A stretch of DNA of 64,000 bases, taken from positions 1,792,001 to 1,856,000 of the forward strand of contig CBDCDZ010000004.1 of assembly GCA_965215565.1 (NCBI GenBank), given 5' to 3'. The notes under the pieces were generated by a model that saw only the letters and a program-made list of their open reading frames with translations, was not told where the DNA came from and did not search any database. Numbering within the stretch: the stretch's first letter is position 1; each line of letters begins with the position of its first letter. This DNA comes from Trueperaceae bacterium (lineage in GTDB: Bacteria > Deinococcota > Deinococci > Deinococcales > Trueperaceae). Below, piece by piece: positions 9,251-19,856 of the stretch. A program made the position numbers and the translations under genes.

Positions 9251-10471
9251 TCAGGTTCTAAAAATAACCTCTTCACGCTTAAAACTCCTCAACGCAAAGT
9301 CCAAGAGCAGCACGGTGTAGGCGAGGCTCGAGCCGTACGTCAGCAGCAGCGGCAAGGCTTCTGCGCTCCCTTTCACCAAGTCATCCATCACGATGAGCGT
9401 ATTCAGCACGGGGATGAGGTAGAGGATGGGGTTCGAGCCGAAGAAGTCCGCGAATTGCAAGCCAACCGCAGGCAAGATGAGCACAAACGAGAGCGGCGCG
9501 ACGTAGCTCTGCGCCTCTTTGAAGGAGCGAGCGAACATCGCAATGCTGATCAAGAGGGCGGCGATGAGCGCGGCGAGCAAGAGGGCGCTGACAATGAGCA
9601 TCACCACGCCAAACACACTCACGTTGAGCGCCCCACCCATCACGCTCACGATGTCTTGCGCCTCTTCCCCTTGAAGTCTGAAGAACTGACGGAGCACCGT
9701 CCCACCCAGCACATACCCTAAAATCGCCATGAGCGCGGCGGAGAGCCCGAACGTCATGGTGGCTAAAAACTTGCCCACCACCACTTCAGCGCGGCGCACC
9801 GGAGCAACTAAAAGGGACTCTAAAGTTCCCCGCTCCTTCTCCCCGGCAGTCGCGTCAATCGCGGTCATCTGCCCTCCGGCGAGCGTCCACACCGCGATGA
9901 AGAAGGGGATGAGCCAGGCGAGTTGACCGCTCGAGCGCTCCGCTTGAGAACTCGCGTCCTCACTCCTTACGGTGATGGGTTCTAAAACGCTCGGTTCCAA
10001 CCCCGCACCGCGCAACCTCTCAGCGACGAGCGTTTGCTGGTAGGTGCTGATAGCGTCCTCTAGTTTGCCCGCGCTCAGTTCGCTCCGCAAGTTGCCCGTC
10101 TTGCTGTACACGGTGAGTGCACTCTGTCCCTCTTGCAGTGAACGTTCAAACCCTTCTGGTACAGCTAGAGAGACCGCGAAGCCGCCCGCTCTCACTGCCG
10201 CTTCGGGGTTGTCTACAGGCGTAAAGACGATGCTCTGCGCTTCGATCTCACTGCGGAGGTCTTTTGGGAGGTTGCCTAAGCCTTGCACAGCTACTTCCGT
10301 GACGGTGGTCTGCTCGCGCTCGAAGAGCCCGCCGATGAGAAGCGGAAGTCCGAGCATCACCAGCGGTAAGACGAGCAAAGGGATGAGCAGGCTCGAGACG
10401 ATCGCCCGCCTGTCTCGCAAAGTCGAAAGAATCTCTTTTTGAGCGATGCGTAGAACGATTGTGGGTCTCAC
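9251..10471 (-). CDS. ABC-2 type permease (NatB-like)
   Basis: KEILSTLRDRR, AGEKERGTLESLLVAPV, FARSFKEAQ. Confidence 0.9.
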   Translation of the reverse strand: MRPTIVLRIAQKEILSTLRDRRAIVSSLLIPLLVLPLVMLGLPLLIGGLFEREQTTVTEVAVQGLGNLPKDLRSEIEAQSIVFTPVDNPEAAVRAGGFAVSLAVPEGFERSLQEGQSALTVYSKTGNLRSELSAGKLEDAISTYQQTLVAERLRGAGLEPSVLEPITVRSEDASSQAERSSGQLAWLIPFFIAVWTLAGGQMTAIDATAGEKERGTLESLLVAPVRRAEVVVGKFLATMTFGLSAALMAILGYVLGGTVLRQFFRLQGEEAQDIVSVMGGALNVSVFGVVMLIVSALLLAALIAALLISIAMFARSFKEAQSYVAPLSFVLILPAVGLQFADFFGSNPILYLIPVLNTLIVMDDLVKGSAEALPLLLTYGSSLAYTVLLLDFALRSFKREEVIFRT

Positions 10472-11217
10472 GCGCTCACCTCTTGTTTTTCTGGGATTTG
10501 CGAACGCTCGATGAGGGTGAAGAAGGCGTCCTCGAGGTTCTTCGTCCCCGCTGTTTCTATAAGCTCGGGTACACTCCCCTTCGCAATCAACCTACCTCCG
10601 TAGATAATCGCCACACGGTCACACAGCTCTTCGACTTCGCTCATCACGTGCGTCGAATAGATGACCGCCCTGTCCTCGCTTGGATAGCGCTTCACGAAGT
10701 TCAGCACGGTGCGCCGCGCCATCACGTCCAGCCCGGAAGTGGCCTCGTCGAAGAAGATGATGGGCGGATCGTGAAGCACGGCTCTCGCGATGACGATCTT
10801 CTGCTTCATTCCAGTGGAAAAGTCGCCTGTGCACCGCGTCAAGGTAGAACCTAAGTCCAAAAGCTCATCTAAGACCGCCACGCGCGCCGCGATCTGCGCC
10901 CGGCTCATTCCATAGAGCCGTCCAAAGTAGCGCAGCACCTCTAAGCCCGTGAGCCGGTCGTAGAGCCCCATGCCGCCGTTGACAACACCGATTTCAGCGC
11001 GGACTCGTTCAGCGTCTTTTTTTACATCGTGACCGTTTACGGTGGCGCTACCCGCATCTGCTTGTAAGAGGGTCGCGAGAATGCGCAGCGTCGTGGTCTT
11101 GCCTGCGCCGTTCGGCCCCAAAAGACCGAAGACCTCGCCCGCAGGAACCGAAAAGCTCAGGTCACCTACCGCTTTGACCTCTCCGAATGTTTTGCTCAAG
11201 TTCGAGACGTGAATCAT
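10468..11217 (-). CDS. ABC transporter ATPase (NatA-like)
   Basis: GPNGAGKTT, FSTGMKQK, FFDE; start set at MIHV (TACAAT 7 nt upstream). Confidence 0.92.
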   Translation of the reverse strand: MIHVSNLSKTFGEVKAVGDLSFSVPAGEVFGLLGPNGAGKTTTLRILATLLQADAGSATVNGHDVKKDAERVRAEIGVVNGGMGLYDRLTGLEVLRYFGRLYGMSRAQIAARVAVLDELLDLGSTLTRCTGDFSTGMKQKIVIARAVLHDPPIIFFDEATSGLDVMARRTVLNFVKRYPSEDRAVIYSTHVMSEVEELCDRVAIIYGGRLIAKGSVPELIETAGTKNLEDAFFTLIERSQIPEKQEVSA

Positions 11218-11270
11218 GACCTCATTGTAGAGGGTGCGTGCGTGAGAGGGAGAGAAGCGCGTCTCAGTAG

Positions 11271-12734
11271 TTACGCCGCCCGGTGCGCCTGTTCGGCAGG
11301 CTGATCCGAGAGGGGCAACATCACGGTGAAGACGGTCCCCTCGCCCAGCCCCGAATCGACTGTGACCTCGCCCTCGTGCTGCTTGACGATCCACTTGACG
11401 ATGGCTAGACCCAAGCCGCTGCCGTTGCCCCTGGTGGAGCGCGCGCCGTCCACGCGGTAGAAGCGGTCGAAGAGGTTGGGAATCGCCTCTTGCGGGATGC
11501 CGGGGCCGTCGTCTAAAACCTCTAAGCGCGCGCGCCCTTGCTCCTCGGAGAGCGAGATGGTGATGTGTTTGGAGCCTGCGTTGAGCGCGTTTTGCACCAA
11601 GTTCAGCACGACTTGTTTAAGCCGCGCCGCGTCCCCGGCGACTTCGATGAGGGGTTGGGGCGAGGTTACGGAAACCTCCGCGCCCTTCGCGACGGGGGCG
11701 ACTTCGCGGTGGACGGTCTCTACGACTTCGACGAGGTTCAAGGGCTCGCGCTCGACCTTAAAACCTGCGTCCGCTCGCGCGAGTTCCAAGAGGTCGTTGA
11801 CGAGCTTGCTCATCCGCGCCGCTTCATTGCGCACCGTCGCGAGTGACTCGGTCTGCTCCGGGCTCGGACTCGTGCGCCGCAGGAGGTAGTTGACGTGCCC
11901 GGCGATGACGGTCACGGGCGTGCGCAGTTCGTGGCTGGCGTCGGCGGTGAAGCGGCGCTGGGTGTCGAAGGACTCCTGGAGCCTATCGAGCATCCGGTTG
12001 AGCGTCACCGACAGCTCGCCCACCTCATCGCGGCTTTTAGGCACGGGCACGCGCTGCGAGAGGTCTTGAGAGCTGACCCTAGACGCCGCCGTCGTCACCC
12101 TTTTAAGCGGCAACAGGACACGCGAAGAGAGCAGATAAACCCCGAGCGCGAAGATAACAAAGGCGATGAGCACCGTATAGACCAAGTTGCGGCGGAGTTG
12201 CGCCAAGGTGTCTGTGGGTACGGGCAAGCCCACCGTGAGAAGCGTCGGCGCGTTGAGTGTGGCGACGCCCAACTGGAAGGTGCTCCTGCCCGCGCGCACC
12301 AAGAGTTCATCGCCGTCCTCCATGCTGATGCGTGTCACGAGCGAGCCGGTCTCGAGCAGGGTTTGGAAGTCGGTACTGCTCAGCCGGTCCAGAATGGTGT
12401 TGGTGGCGTTTGTCGCCACAAAGGTGTTGTAACCGCGCGGCCGCACGTACTGAAAGAGCGGCTGGAAATTCTCTTCACTCGTCGGCTGCAAGGCGAAATA
12501 GGTCACGTAGTAGATGCCGTCGCTGGACAACCCCTGCGCCCAACCGCTTAAAAAGCGCGGATTGGCGTTTTCCTGAACGTTCGAGAAGAGGTCGCGGTAG
12601 GTCTGGTTCGCTCTCGTCTCTACCGACTCCAAAATGGAGCGCTGCGTAAAGCCGTAAACGACGGCGGCGGCGACGGTTAAAACAAAGGCCAGAAAAAGCG
12701 TGAAAAAGAGGGTGAGGCGAATTCTCAGGGACAT
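11271..12734 (-). CDS. HAMP-domain sensor histidine kinase
   Basis: Two TMs, HAMP, ASHELRTP H-box, NLVQNA, DDGPG, GSGLGL; start set at MSLRIRL. Confidence 0.93.
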   Translation of the reverse strand: MSLRIRLTLFFTLFLAFVLTVAAAVVYGFTQRSILESVETRANQTYRDLFSNVQENANPRFLSGWAQGLSSDGIYYVTYFALQPTSEENFQPLFQYVRPRGYNTFVATNATNTILDRLSSTDFQTLLETGSLVTRISMEDGDELLVRAGRSTFQLGVATLNAPTLLTVGLPVPTDTLAQLRRNLVYTVLIAFVIFALGVYLLSSRVLLPLKRVTTAASRVSSQDLSQRVPVPKSRDEVGELSVTLNRMLDRLQESFDTQRRFTADASHELRTPVTVIAGHVNYLLRRTSPSPEQTESLATVRNEAARMSKLVNDLLELARADAGFKVEREPLNLVEVVETVHREVAPVAKGAEVSVTSPQPLIEVAGDAARLKQVVLNLVQNALNAGSKHITISLSEEQGRARLEVLDDGPGIPQEAIPNLFDRFYRVDGARSTRGNGSGLGLAIVKWIVKQHEGEVTVDSGLGEGTVFTVMLPLSDQPAEQAHRAA

Positions 12735-13017
12735 GCGGGAGTTCTCCAGGTCCCCACTTTTACTCGCAGTGTTGTGCGCACGTGACGCCCGAGAGCGTAC
12801 ACGACGCCCGATATTGATTGATGCCATAATTTTCTCGCGGGTTGACTCACTTTGACCTAAAGATGAAATGTTTGCAGTGCTCGTTACGGCGTTAAAGGCA
12901 GTCTATCGCCTCAGTATGAGAATAGAAAGTAATGGGCGCAGTGCGGCGACGGTGTGGCAATTTTCACCCCACCCGTGACGCCTTGTCCGCACGCCTCATC
13001 GCCGCGCTTGTGCGAGG

Positions 13018-13695
13018 TTACTCTTCTCTCAGTACGTACCCCACGCCGCGCACGGTGTGGATGAGGCGGCGCTCGCCCTCGCCCTCCAGCTTACGGCGCA
13101 AGTAGCCGACGTACACGTCCACGACGTTGCTGCCACCCGTGTACTCGGGCCAGACCTTCTCCTCGATTTCGAAGCGGTTAAAGACCTTACCGGGGTTGCG
13201 GGCGAAAAGCTCTAAAAGTTCGAACTCTTTGGCGGACAGCTCGATGCGGCGGCCGTCGCGGAAGACCTCGCGCCCGTCCAAGTTCATGACCAGATCAGCG
13301 ACGCGCACCTCACCTGTGACGGCAGGATTGACGCGGCGCAGGTGCGCACGCACGCGGGCTAGAAGCTCCTCGATGGAGAAGGGTTTGACCAGGTAGTCGT
13401 CCGCGCCCGAGTCGAGCCCCATGACCTTGTCGTCCACGCTGTCTTTGGCGGTCAGGATGATGATGGGGGTGTTGCTCGTTTTGCGGATGCGGCGCGCCAC
13501 CTCGAGCCCGTCCAAAACGGGCAACATAAGGTCCAACACGACGAGATCAGGGTTGAGTTCGCGGAACTTGGACAAGCCCGTGACTCCGTCATAGGTGACG
13601 TTGGTCTCGTAAGACTCGGCTTGCAGCTCCAGGTCGATAAATTTTGCGATGTCTTTTTCGTCCTCTACGATAAGGACGAGCGGTTTACGGTCCAT
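13018..13695 (-). CDS. OmpR-family response regulator
   Basis: [30 protein letters not shown]; leaderless TATAAT-6-ATG. Confidence 0.95.
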   Translation of the reverse strand: MDRKPLVLIVEDEKDIAKFIDLELQAESYETNVTYDGVTGLSKFRELNPDLVVLDLMLPVLDGLEVARRIRKTSNTPIIILTAKDSVDDKVMGLDSGADDYLVKPFSIEELLARVRAHLRRVNPAVTGEVRVADLVMNLDGREVFRDGRRIELSAKEFELLELFARNPGKVFNRFEIEEKVWPEYTGGSNVVDVYVGYLRRKLEGEGERRLIHTVRGVGYVLREE

Positions 13696-13736
13696 AAGGT
13701 GATTATAGTCACCTCCACTATGAGAGACTTAATGAG

Positions 13737-13770
13737 AAAGTGAGAGGAAACTCAGACTTCCTCTCACTTT
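13737..13770. terminator. 13-bp perfect hairpin downstream of luxS
   Basis: AAAGTGAGAGGAA-N8-TTCCTCTCACTTT. Confidence 0.5.
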
Positions 13771-13826
13771 ACACTCACACATAGTGCGTTAGCTCGGTCT
13801 TTACGTATTATGTTTAGGGTAAAGAT

Positions 13827-13904
13827 CGCAGTTATCATCTCAGAACGTGTATGTTGCGCAATATTTTTATAGTGAGAGCGTTTGTGACCAGATGATACCT
13901 GCTA
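13827..13904 (-). repeat. Dispersed palindromic repeat copy R2
   Basis: CGCAGTTATCATCTCAGAA...CCAGATGATACCTGCTA. Confidence 0.85.
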
Positions 13905-13907
13905 TTG

Positions 13908-14387
13908 CTAGCTCAGCGGAACCGTGGGCTGCACGATGATATCTCGTTTGAGAATATCCTCCGCCCACGCCTTTGCGCCTAAGAGAGAATGGTCGCGGTA
14001 GTTGCCGCATTCCAACTCGCTGCAACCCGGAATCGGTCCGTCGTGAAGGGTAATCGCCTTAAGCGCGTGACCGAGCGCCTCCCTAACCTCTTCTTCGTTC
14101 GGTTCTCCTAACGCAGTGAGGTAGAAGCCCGTGCGACACCCCATCGGGCTCGCGTCAACGATATTGTCGCCGAGTTCGTCGCGCAAGTAGCCCGCCATGA
14201 GGTGCTCGATGGTGTGCAGCGCGGCGGTAGGCACTTCGGCTTGGTTGGGTTGCACGAGGCGCAAATCGAATTTGCGCACCTCGTCCCCCTTGGGTCCGGT
14301 GTAGCGCCCCGCCAAGCGGACGTAAGGGGCGCGAACTTTGGTATGGTCTAGGTTAAAGGATTCGACAGCCGTTTTAGGTTGAGCCAT
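13908..14387 (-). CDS. luxS: S-ribosylhomocysteine lyase
   Basis: ESFNLDHTKV.APYVR, HTIEH, SPMGCRTGFY, CGNY..H. Confidence 0.97.
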   Translation of the reverse strand: MAQPKTAVESFNLDHTKVRAPYVRLAGRYTGPKGDEVRKFDLRLVQPNQAEVPTAALHTIEHLMAGYLRDELGDNIVDASPMGCRTGFYLTALGEPNEEEVREALGHALKAITLHDGPIPGCSELECGNYRDHSLLGAKAWAEDILKRDIIVQPTVPLS

Positions 14388-14462
14388 GAGGTGAGTATAG
14401 CGGGCTCGCGCGGCTGTGTGTAGCCTAGGGCCTACGAAACCGAATGCGAACTGCGTGTTTTA

Positions 14463-14573
14463 TGGCAGTTCCACAACACGTTGAGACAAAGTCGCGCAGG
14501 CATCATCTCAGAATGTGCGTACTGGACACTACCTCTTTCAGTGAGGGTGTAGCTGACCAGATGATACCTGCTA
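14463..14573 (-). repeat. Dispersed palindromic repeat copy R3 (full length)
   Basis: TGGCAGTTCCACAACACGTTGAGACA...CCAGATGATACCTGCTA. Confidence 0.85.
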
Positions 14574-14792
14574 CTACATGCCGAGCCCGGTGTCTGAGTA
14601 GCGCCCTAATATCCCGAACATAAAGAGAAGGCTCCCCATCGCGAAAAAGGCGAAACCCAACATTACGAAAATGCCCGCGCCGCCCCCGCCAATCATCGCT
14701 TTGCCCGGTTTGTTGGTTCTAAGCGCGTAAACAAGCGAAGCCACACCTAGAACGACGAGAAGAATACCCAAAATAAGATTAAACGTGATCAT
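14574..14792 (-). CDS. Small two-TM membrane protein
   Basis: 72 aa hydrophobic ORF, RBS AGGGGG. Confidence 0.65.
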   Translation of the reverse strand: MITFNLILGILLVVLGVASLVYALRTNKPGKAMIGGGGAGIFVMLGFAFFAMGSLLFMFGILGRYSDTGLGM

Positions 14793-14856
14793 GCTTTTCC
14801 CCCTAAAGCTCGTATGTCCTTAAAGTGTAGAGGGTGACGCCGAGAAAGGCAAGGGG

Positions 14857-14897
14857 AAAAAAGAAGAGCGCTACGCTTATAGGTCAAGCGTAGCGCT
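14857..14897 (-). terminator. Intrinsic terminator after tRNA
   Basis: AGCGCTACGCTT/AAGCGTAGCGCT stem followed by T-run on minus strand. Confidence 0.75.
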
Positions 14898-14903
14898 TTA
14901 TAA

Positions 14904-14974
14904 CTGCCCCACGAGGATTCGAACCTCGATCAACGGAACCAAAATCCGGTGTCCTGCCGTTAGACGATGGGGCA
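14904..14974 (-). tRNA. tRNA-Gln(TTG), CCA not encoded
   Basis: TGCCCCATCGTCTAACGGCAGGACACCGGATTTTGGTTCCGTTGATCGAGGTTCGAATCCTCGTGGGGCAG; acceptor stem and T-arm GGTTCGAATCC intact. Confidence 0.95.
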
Positions 14975-15162
14975 ATGTGGAGATCACCTCTCTGGACAGT
15001 TCCGTGCGCGAAGCGCGCAAACATAATTTTATAAAGTCAGGGGGTGCTGTGTCAAGTCTCGAGGCCCACAAGGTGGGGGGCAGGAGGGGGAGTGGCAAGT
15101 CATTCCTCTGCCTCCTCTATTCTGCGTTCCCCTCTACGCTAACGCTATTTCGCCCTTCTGTG

Positions 15163-16248
15163 TCAGCGTGCCTCCAACCTCACCCCTGGCACGTCGCCGA
15201 GCAGTTTGATAGCTCCGTCCACTTGCCCCAACATGTGACGCTGCAAAAAGCCGAGCGCCGCGTGTTTGACGAGGTCGCCGACGCGCTCTTTGTCCCATAC
15301 AGCGTCGCTCACGTGCGCCCACGCCGCCTCATTCAGCCGCGACTCGGGTAAGCCCGGATTCGTGAAGAGGTTGTGTCCGCCGCGCTCAAAGACCATCAGG
15401 TGGACCTCTTCCGATGAAACGTGCTCGAAGATGCGCCTCGAGTCCCGCTCTAGCGGCGCGACGTCGTCGTATTCGCCCACCGCGATAAAAAGCGGCAACG
15501 AGACCTGCGCAAGCTCTAAAATCGGCGCGTTCCAAGGAGCCATCACGAAAGCCGCCTTGAGCCGCGCGTCGCCCTGCCAACCCTTTTGCTTGCCTCTAGC
15601 GGGCTCCAACCTCTCCCGGAAGCCGAGCGCGTAGCCGATGTTGTCTTCGCGGCTCGAGTTCGCTTTAAGCTGCTCGAAGTCGAAGCCCGCGCCGCAACTC
15701 GCCAGCGCCGTGTAGCCGCCGAACGAGTAGCCGACGACGGCGGCGCGTTCCGTATTCGCCACGCCTCCAAAGCTTTTCTCGAGTTTGTCCAGCACAAACG
15801 AGACGTCGAGAGGTCGGTCTATGAGCCCGGAGATGTAGGCTTGCTCGTCGAAGTCTCCGTAGGTCGTGGCGGTAAAGTCGATTGCGCAGACAAAAAAGCC
15901 GTGCGAAGCGAGGTGTTCGCACAAGTAGGTGGCTTGGAGCCTCGAGCCCGGCGCGCCGTGCGCGTAGATGACCGTCGGCGCACCTTGGACGTTGGGTTCT
16001 CTGTTCCTGAGCGCCCGCCCCGCGAAACTCACCTGCTCGCTGAGTCCGTGCCAGGAGACGGGGCCGTATTCCGTCGCTTCTTGTGTGCCCTCCGGCACCT
16101 CGGCAGGATACCAACATTCAACCGTAAGAGGTCTGTTGCGGGATTCATCAAAGAAGGCCTCTGTAGTGACGCCGACGCCGCGTGGTCCGCGTTGAGCGAG
16201 GGGAAGGGCGTCAGGGCGCAGGGGTAACAAAGCTTTAGAGCGGTCCAT
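15163..16248 (-). CDS. Alpha/beta hydrolase (dienelactone hydrolase/PAF-AH-like)
   Basis: EHLASHGF, DRPLDV, GYSFGG nucleophile elbow, GGHNLF. Confidence 0.88.
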   Translation of the reverse strand: MDRSKALLPLRPDALPLAQRGPRGVGVTTEAFFDESRNRPLTVECWYPAEVPEGTQEATEYGPVSWHGLSEQVSFAGRALRNREPNVQGAPTVIYAHGAPGSRLQATYLCEHLASHGFFVCAIDFTATTYGDFDEQAYISGLIDRPLDVSFVLDKLEKSFGGVANTERAAVVGYSFGGYTALASCGAGFDFEQLKANSSREDNIGYALGFRERLEPARGKQKGWQGDARLKAAFVMAPWNAPILELAQVSLPLFIAVGEYDDVAPLERDSRRIFEHVSSEEVHLMVFERGGHNLFTNPGLPESRLNEAAWAHVSDAVWDKERVGDLVKHAALGFLQRHMLGQVDGAIKLLGDVPGVRLEAR

Positions 16249-16287
16249 AGCACCTCATGTGTTCACGCGGAATATGTTCGTGCGGAC

Positions 16288-16749
16288 TTACCTGAAAGCG
16301 AGTTCCGCTAAAGCGAGCGCCGTCCACTGCCGAATCTCTTCGGTCAGCTCGAGCTTGTCCAAGTCCGCCTGAGCATACCAGCCCAAGCTGGGGTCGGTCT
16401 CGAGCAGCGCACCCTCATACCCGTCAGTAGGTCGCGCGAAGTAGATAAGGTCGATGTGTTCGTGGTCAGGAGAGATGGTCTCTAGCTGTATCCCCCTCGG
16501 TCTCACGAGTTGCTTGGGCTCGTGAACGTTCAAGGTTCTTTCGCCCACAAGCTCAACCGCTACGCCCGACTCCTCCAACACTTCGCGCACCGCCGCCTCA
16601 TCGGGTAGTTCATCCTTTTCGATATGACCGCCACAAGGAAACCACGCCTGTGACTTTTTGTGCCAGTGGAGCAAGACACAGCCGCGCCACACGACAAAGG
16701 TGGTGGCGGTGAAGTCTCGAGAGGTAGTTGCGTTATTGGTTTGATTCAT
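16288..16749 (-). CDS. NUDIX hydrolase
   Basis: GGHIEKDELPDEAAVREVLEESG Nudix box. Confidence 0.92.
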   Translation of the reverse strand: MNQTNNATTSRDFTATTFVVWRGCVLLHWHKKSQAWFPCGGHIEKDELPDEAAVREVLEESGVAVELVGERTLNVHEPKQLVRPRGIQLETISPDHEHIDLIYFARPTDGYEGALLETDPSLGWYAQADLDKLELTEEIRQWTALALAELAFR

Positions 16750-16838
16750 GAGGTAGTTGGCTTGCGCCGCTCTACAGGGGCTCCTAGCCATTAGCTGTTA
16801 GCCTTTAGCTAAAACCTAAAAGCTAACGGCTAACAGCT

Positions 16839-18173
16839 TCATCCCGCCATCATCAGTGGGACGGTCTCGACTCGGTGACCTCTCGCCGTGCCGTAGAGCG
16901 TATGCGGCGTCGCCGTGTCGATATTGACGGTGTAAAGCCCCATCTCTTTCACTTGATCTCGCGGTACTAAAGCCGTGTGGTTTTGGTCCGAGTGACCTAC
17001 GACGTAATCGCCGTCGGTAGCAGGCTCACGGATGAGCACCTGCAACTCGCGCCCTACCCACCGCTGATTTTTGATATAGGACCAGTGCTTCTGTCGCTCA
17101 ATGAGGCGTTGCAACCGCTCCGTCTTCGCCTTGCGCGGCATGTCGTCAAAGTATTTATACGAGGGCGTGCCGGGGCGCGCGGAATACATGAACATGTACG
17201 CGCTGTCGTACTGGACCTCTTCGTACAGCGACAAGGTCTGTTCAAAATCCTCTTCCGTTTCGCCGGGGAAGCCCACGATGATGTCTGTAGAAATCACCAC
17301 GTCCTCAACCTTGTCCTTAATCTCACGGATGATATCCAGGTAGCGCTCGCGGCGGTACTCCCGCGCCATGCGCCGCAAGACCTTATCGCTGCCCGACTGC
17401 ACGGGCAGGTGAATGTAGTTGCAGACGTTAGGCGTCTCCGCCATCGCGTCAATGACATCCGATGTGAAATTCATCGGGTGCGAGGTGGTGAACTTGACGC
17501 GGGGGATGCCGGTGCTCGAGACGAGTCGCAACAGTTCTGCGAAAGAGGGCAAATCATCCCGCCCGAGCCCGTACGAGTTGACGTTTTGCCCTAGGAGGTA
17601 AATCTCCTGAACGCCCGCCGCTTTCATAGCAAACGCTTCGGTCATGATCGACTCCACCGAGCGGCTCACTTCAGGACCTCTCGTTTGCGGCACGATGCAG
17701 TAGGTACAGTGGTGGTTGCAGCCGCGCATGATGGTCAAGAAGCCCGTAAGCGTGTGCGGCGCGGGCGTGATGACCTCGTGGAGCGCGTCGCTAAACTCCA
17801 ACGAGCGAAAGCGCTCCTGTCCCTTTTCGATGGCGTCAATTGCCGGAATCACGTCTGTGATTGCGCCGGGACCAATAAGGATATCCACACCAAACTTCTC
17901 GGCGATCTCTTGACCCTCGTCTAACTGCGCCAAGCAGCCCATCAAGCCTACCGTCAAGTCGCGCCCTGCCCGCTTCTCTTTACGTAATTCGCCCAAGAGC
18001 GTCACAACTTTCTCGACGGGCTTGCCGCGCACGGCGCAGGTATTCAGGATAATGAGGTTGGCGTCTTGTGGGCTGTCCACGAGCTGATGTCCACCCGCCA
18101 CGAGTTCGGAGGTGATGGTGTGGGTGTCGTATTCGTTCATCTGGCAGCCGTAGGTGATGACATTCGCCCTCAT
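16839..18173 (-). CDS. miaB: tRNA-i6A37 methylthiotransferase
   Basis: [24 protein letters not shown] radical-SAM motif, C-terminal TRAM. Confidence 0.96.
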   Translation of the reverse strand: MRANVITYGCQMNEYDTHTITSELVAGGHQLVDSPQDANLIILNTCAVRGKPVEKVVTLLGELRKEKRAGRDLTVGLMGCLAQLDEGQEIAEKFGVDILIGPGAITDVIPAIDAIEKGQERFRSLEFSDALHEVITPAPHTLTGFLTIMRGCNHHCTYCIVPQTRGPEVSRSVESIMTEAFAMKAAGVQEIYLLGQNVNSYGLGRDDLPSFAELLRLVSSTGIPRVKFTTSHPMNFTSDVIDAMAETPNVCNYIHLPVQSGSDKVLRRMAREYRRERYLDIIREIKDKVEDVVISTDIIVGFPGETEEDFEQTLSLYEEVQYDSAYMFMYSARPGTPSYKYFDDMPRKAKTERLQRLIERQKHWSYIKNQRWVGRELQVLIREPATDGDYVVGHSDQNHTALVPRDQVKEMGLYTVNIDTATPHTLYGTARGHRVETVPLMMAG

Positions 18174-18300
18174 ACGGCTCGCCTCATTGTTTGTTGAAGA
18201 GGTAAAGCGTCATTCATCGTTCCAGTAGTGTAACAGGACGAACTATGAAAAGGTGTTTCTTCTGCTGCGGAAGGTTCCCGCAGTGGGAAAGCGCAACTCG

Positions 18301-18673
18301 CTAAGTCTCACTTACAAGCTCGTCCTGCTCTAACCTTTTAAGCGCCTCTTCCCACGGAATGAGTTTAGCTTCACCGCGCTCGAGCCTCGCAAGACGCTCT
18401 TTAATGTCGGGATGGTCAGCGAGAATGGCTCTGGTTTCGGCTGAACTGCGCTCGAGTAAGATCATCAAAGGTTACGCTCTCCCCGGTAAGCTCTTCCAAA
18501 GCGTCCATAACGGCGCTCAGCGTACCTAAGTCGAGCCGTTTGACCTCACCTCTTGCAAGCGCGTAGATGCTACCACGCGCCACTTGACCTTCTGTTTTCT
18601 GCGCTAGCTTATAGGCGGTGAGGTCGTGCTCTTCTAAATATTCGTCCAAGGTGAGATATATAGAATCATTCAT
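18301..18673 (-). pseudogene. Cro/C1 HTH-antitoxin fusion with apparent frameshift near 18460
   Basis: HTH ORF 18416..18673; shifted frame continues LLERSSAETRAILADHPDIKERLARLERGEAKLIPWEEALKRLEQDELVSET* to 18301. Confidence 0.65.
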
Positions 18674-18727
18674 GGTGTGGGGCTCCTATCTACTTCCATT
18701 CAGCAGTAGTGTTTACAACTGTTCACT

Positions 18728-18804
18728 ATTATACGGAATGTCTCATATTTTGTCAAAATGTAATAGTTCGTTTATTTGACAATATTTTTACTAAAAAGTA
18801 TTAT
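18728..18804. promoter_or_regulatory. Back-to-back sigma70 promoters
   Basis: Minus: TTGACA(18756-18751)-17-TATAAT(18733-18728); plus: TTGACA(18776-18781)-17-TATTAT(18799-18804), 5 nt before toxin ATG. Confidence 0.8.
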
Positions 18805-18809
18805 TCGTC

Positions 18810-19115
18810 ATGTCTAAAAGGTTTCAAATCACCGTTACCGAAGAGGCACTAACTGACCTCTCCAGGATTAAAGATAGAAGCATTAGGGAGAGTATTCAGG
18901 CGAAGATAGGAGAACTTTTTACAGAACCTCATGAGCGGGGCAAACCTCTAACCGATGATCTCGCGGGCTACTACCGCGTCAAAGCGCGTGGTCGTTACCG
19001 CGTCATCTATCAAGTTGCCATGCTCGAGGAACTCGTCATCGTTGTAGTTGTCGGTATTCGTAAAGAAGGTGATAAGCGCGACGCTTACAGAGTGGCGAAA
19101 AAACGTCTACTGTAG
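18810..19115 (+). CDS. relE: RelE/ParE family toxin
   Basis: GKPLTDDLAGYYRVKARGRYRVIY...VVVVGIRK. Confidence 0.88.
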   Translation: MSKRFQITVTEEALTDLSRIKDRSIRESIQAKIGELFTEPHERGKPLTDDLAGYYRVKARGRYRVIYQVAMLEELVIVVVVGIRKEGDKRDAYRVAKKRLL

Positions 19116-19209
19116 TTTATTTGCTCAAGTTCACAGGTGTTCCGTCAGAGAAATTTTTCCCCACCTCGAGAGGTGGGGACACGACAGTTTCAAGGTGTAA
19201 CGAAGAGAA

Positions 19210-19749
19210 TCAGTCCGCCGCCACCGCCCCCGGCGTCGCCTCACCTCTCGCCGGATAATCCTTCTCACATATAAAGTCAATGGCTTTAAGCATCTCATCA
19301 AGGTCAGGTCTGCCGAAGGGCATACTGTTCACCGCTGCGTAGTAAAGCTCTCCATTCGGGCGCACTAAAAAGAGCCCCGGCTCGCTGAACAGCTCGGGCT
19401 CGGGGTCTTTGATACCTTGACTGAAGTAGAGCCCCCAGTCCTGAGCTTGCGAGGCGCTAAGCCCGTAGCCGACGTTCAGATCACTCAGTTCCCACTCGTC
19501 CACGGTCTTCTTTGCGCGTTCTTCGTCGTCCATGCTGAGTGCGACGACTTCGACGCCGCGCTCGGCGTAATCACCGAGCAAATTCTGCGCCTTCTGTGAG
19601 TAGCCTTTGCAGACCGGGCAGTGCAAGCCTCGGTAGAAGATGACCATCGTAAAGGTTTCGGGCGACTGGTCTTTTAGGTTCCAAGTTTCACCGCTGATAA
19701 GGTTGAATGAGAGATTGGGCGCGTCCTGACGTGGCGTTGGCTGGTTCAT
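19210..19749 (-). CDS. Peroxiredoxin-like AhpC/TSA protein
   Basis: FYRGLHCPVC, FSEPGLFLV, MPFGRP, YPARGE. Confidence 0.9.
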   Translation of the reverse strand: MNQPTPRQDAPNLSFNLISGETWNLKDQSPETFTMVIFYRGLHCPVCKGYSQKAQNLLGDYAERGVEVVALSMDDEERAKKTVDEWELSDLNVGYGLSASQAQDWGLYFSQGIKDPEPELFSEPGLFLVRPNGELYYAAVNSMPFGRPDLDEMLKAIDFICEKDYPARGEATPGAVAAD

Positions 19750-19856
19750 CTTTTCCCCCTGACTCGAGCTTGTAACGTTTCGCTGACCTCTCTAGCGTAG
19801 TCGGCAGCGTGACAAAAGACCTTGCCTCATCCGACAATATCGGGGTGAAAGGGTTT

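Noticed and set aside
14388..14573. SAH/SAM riboswitch upstream of luxS
   Set aside because: luxS looks leaderless and the structured DNA there is repeat R3.
14790..15160. tRNA-Gln as integration site
   Set aside because: No integrase and no duplicated tRNA 3' end seen in the window.
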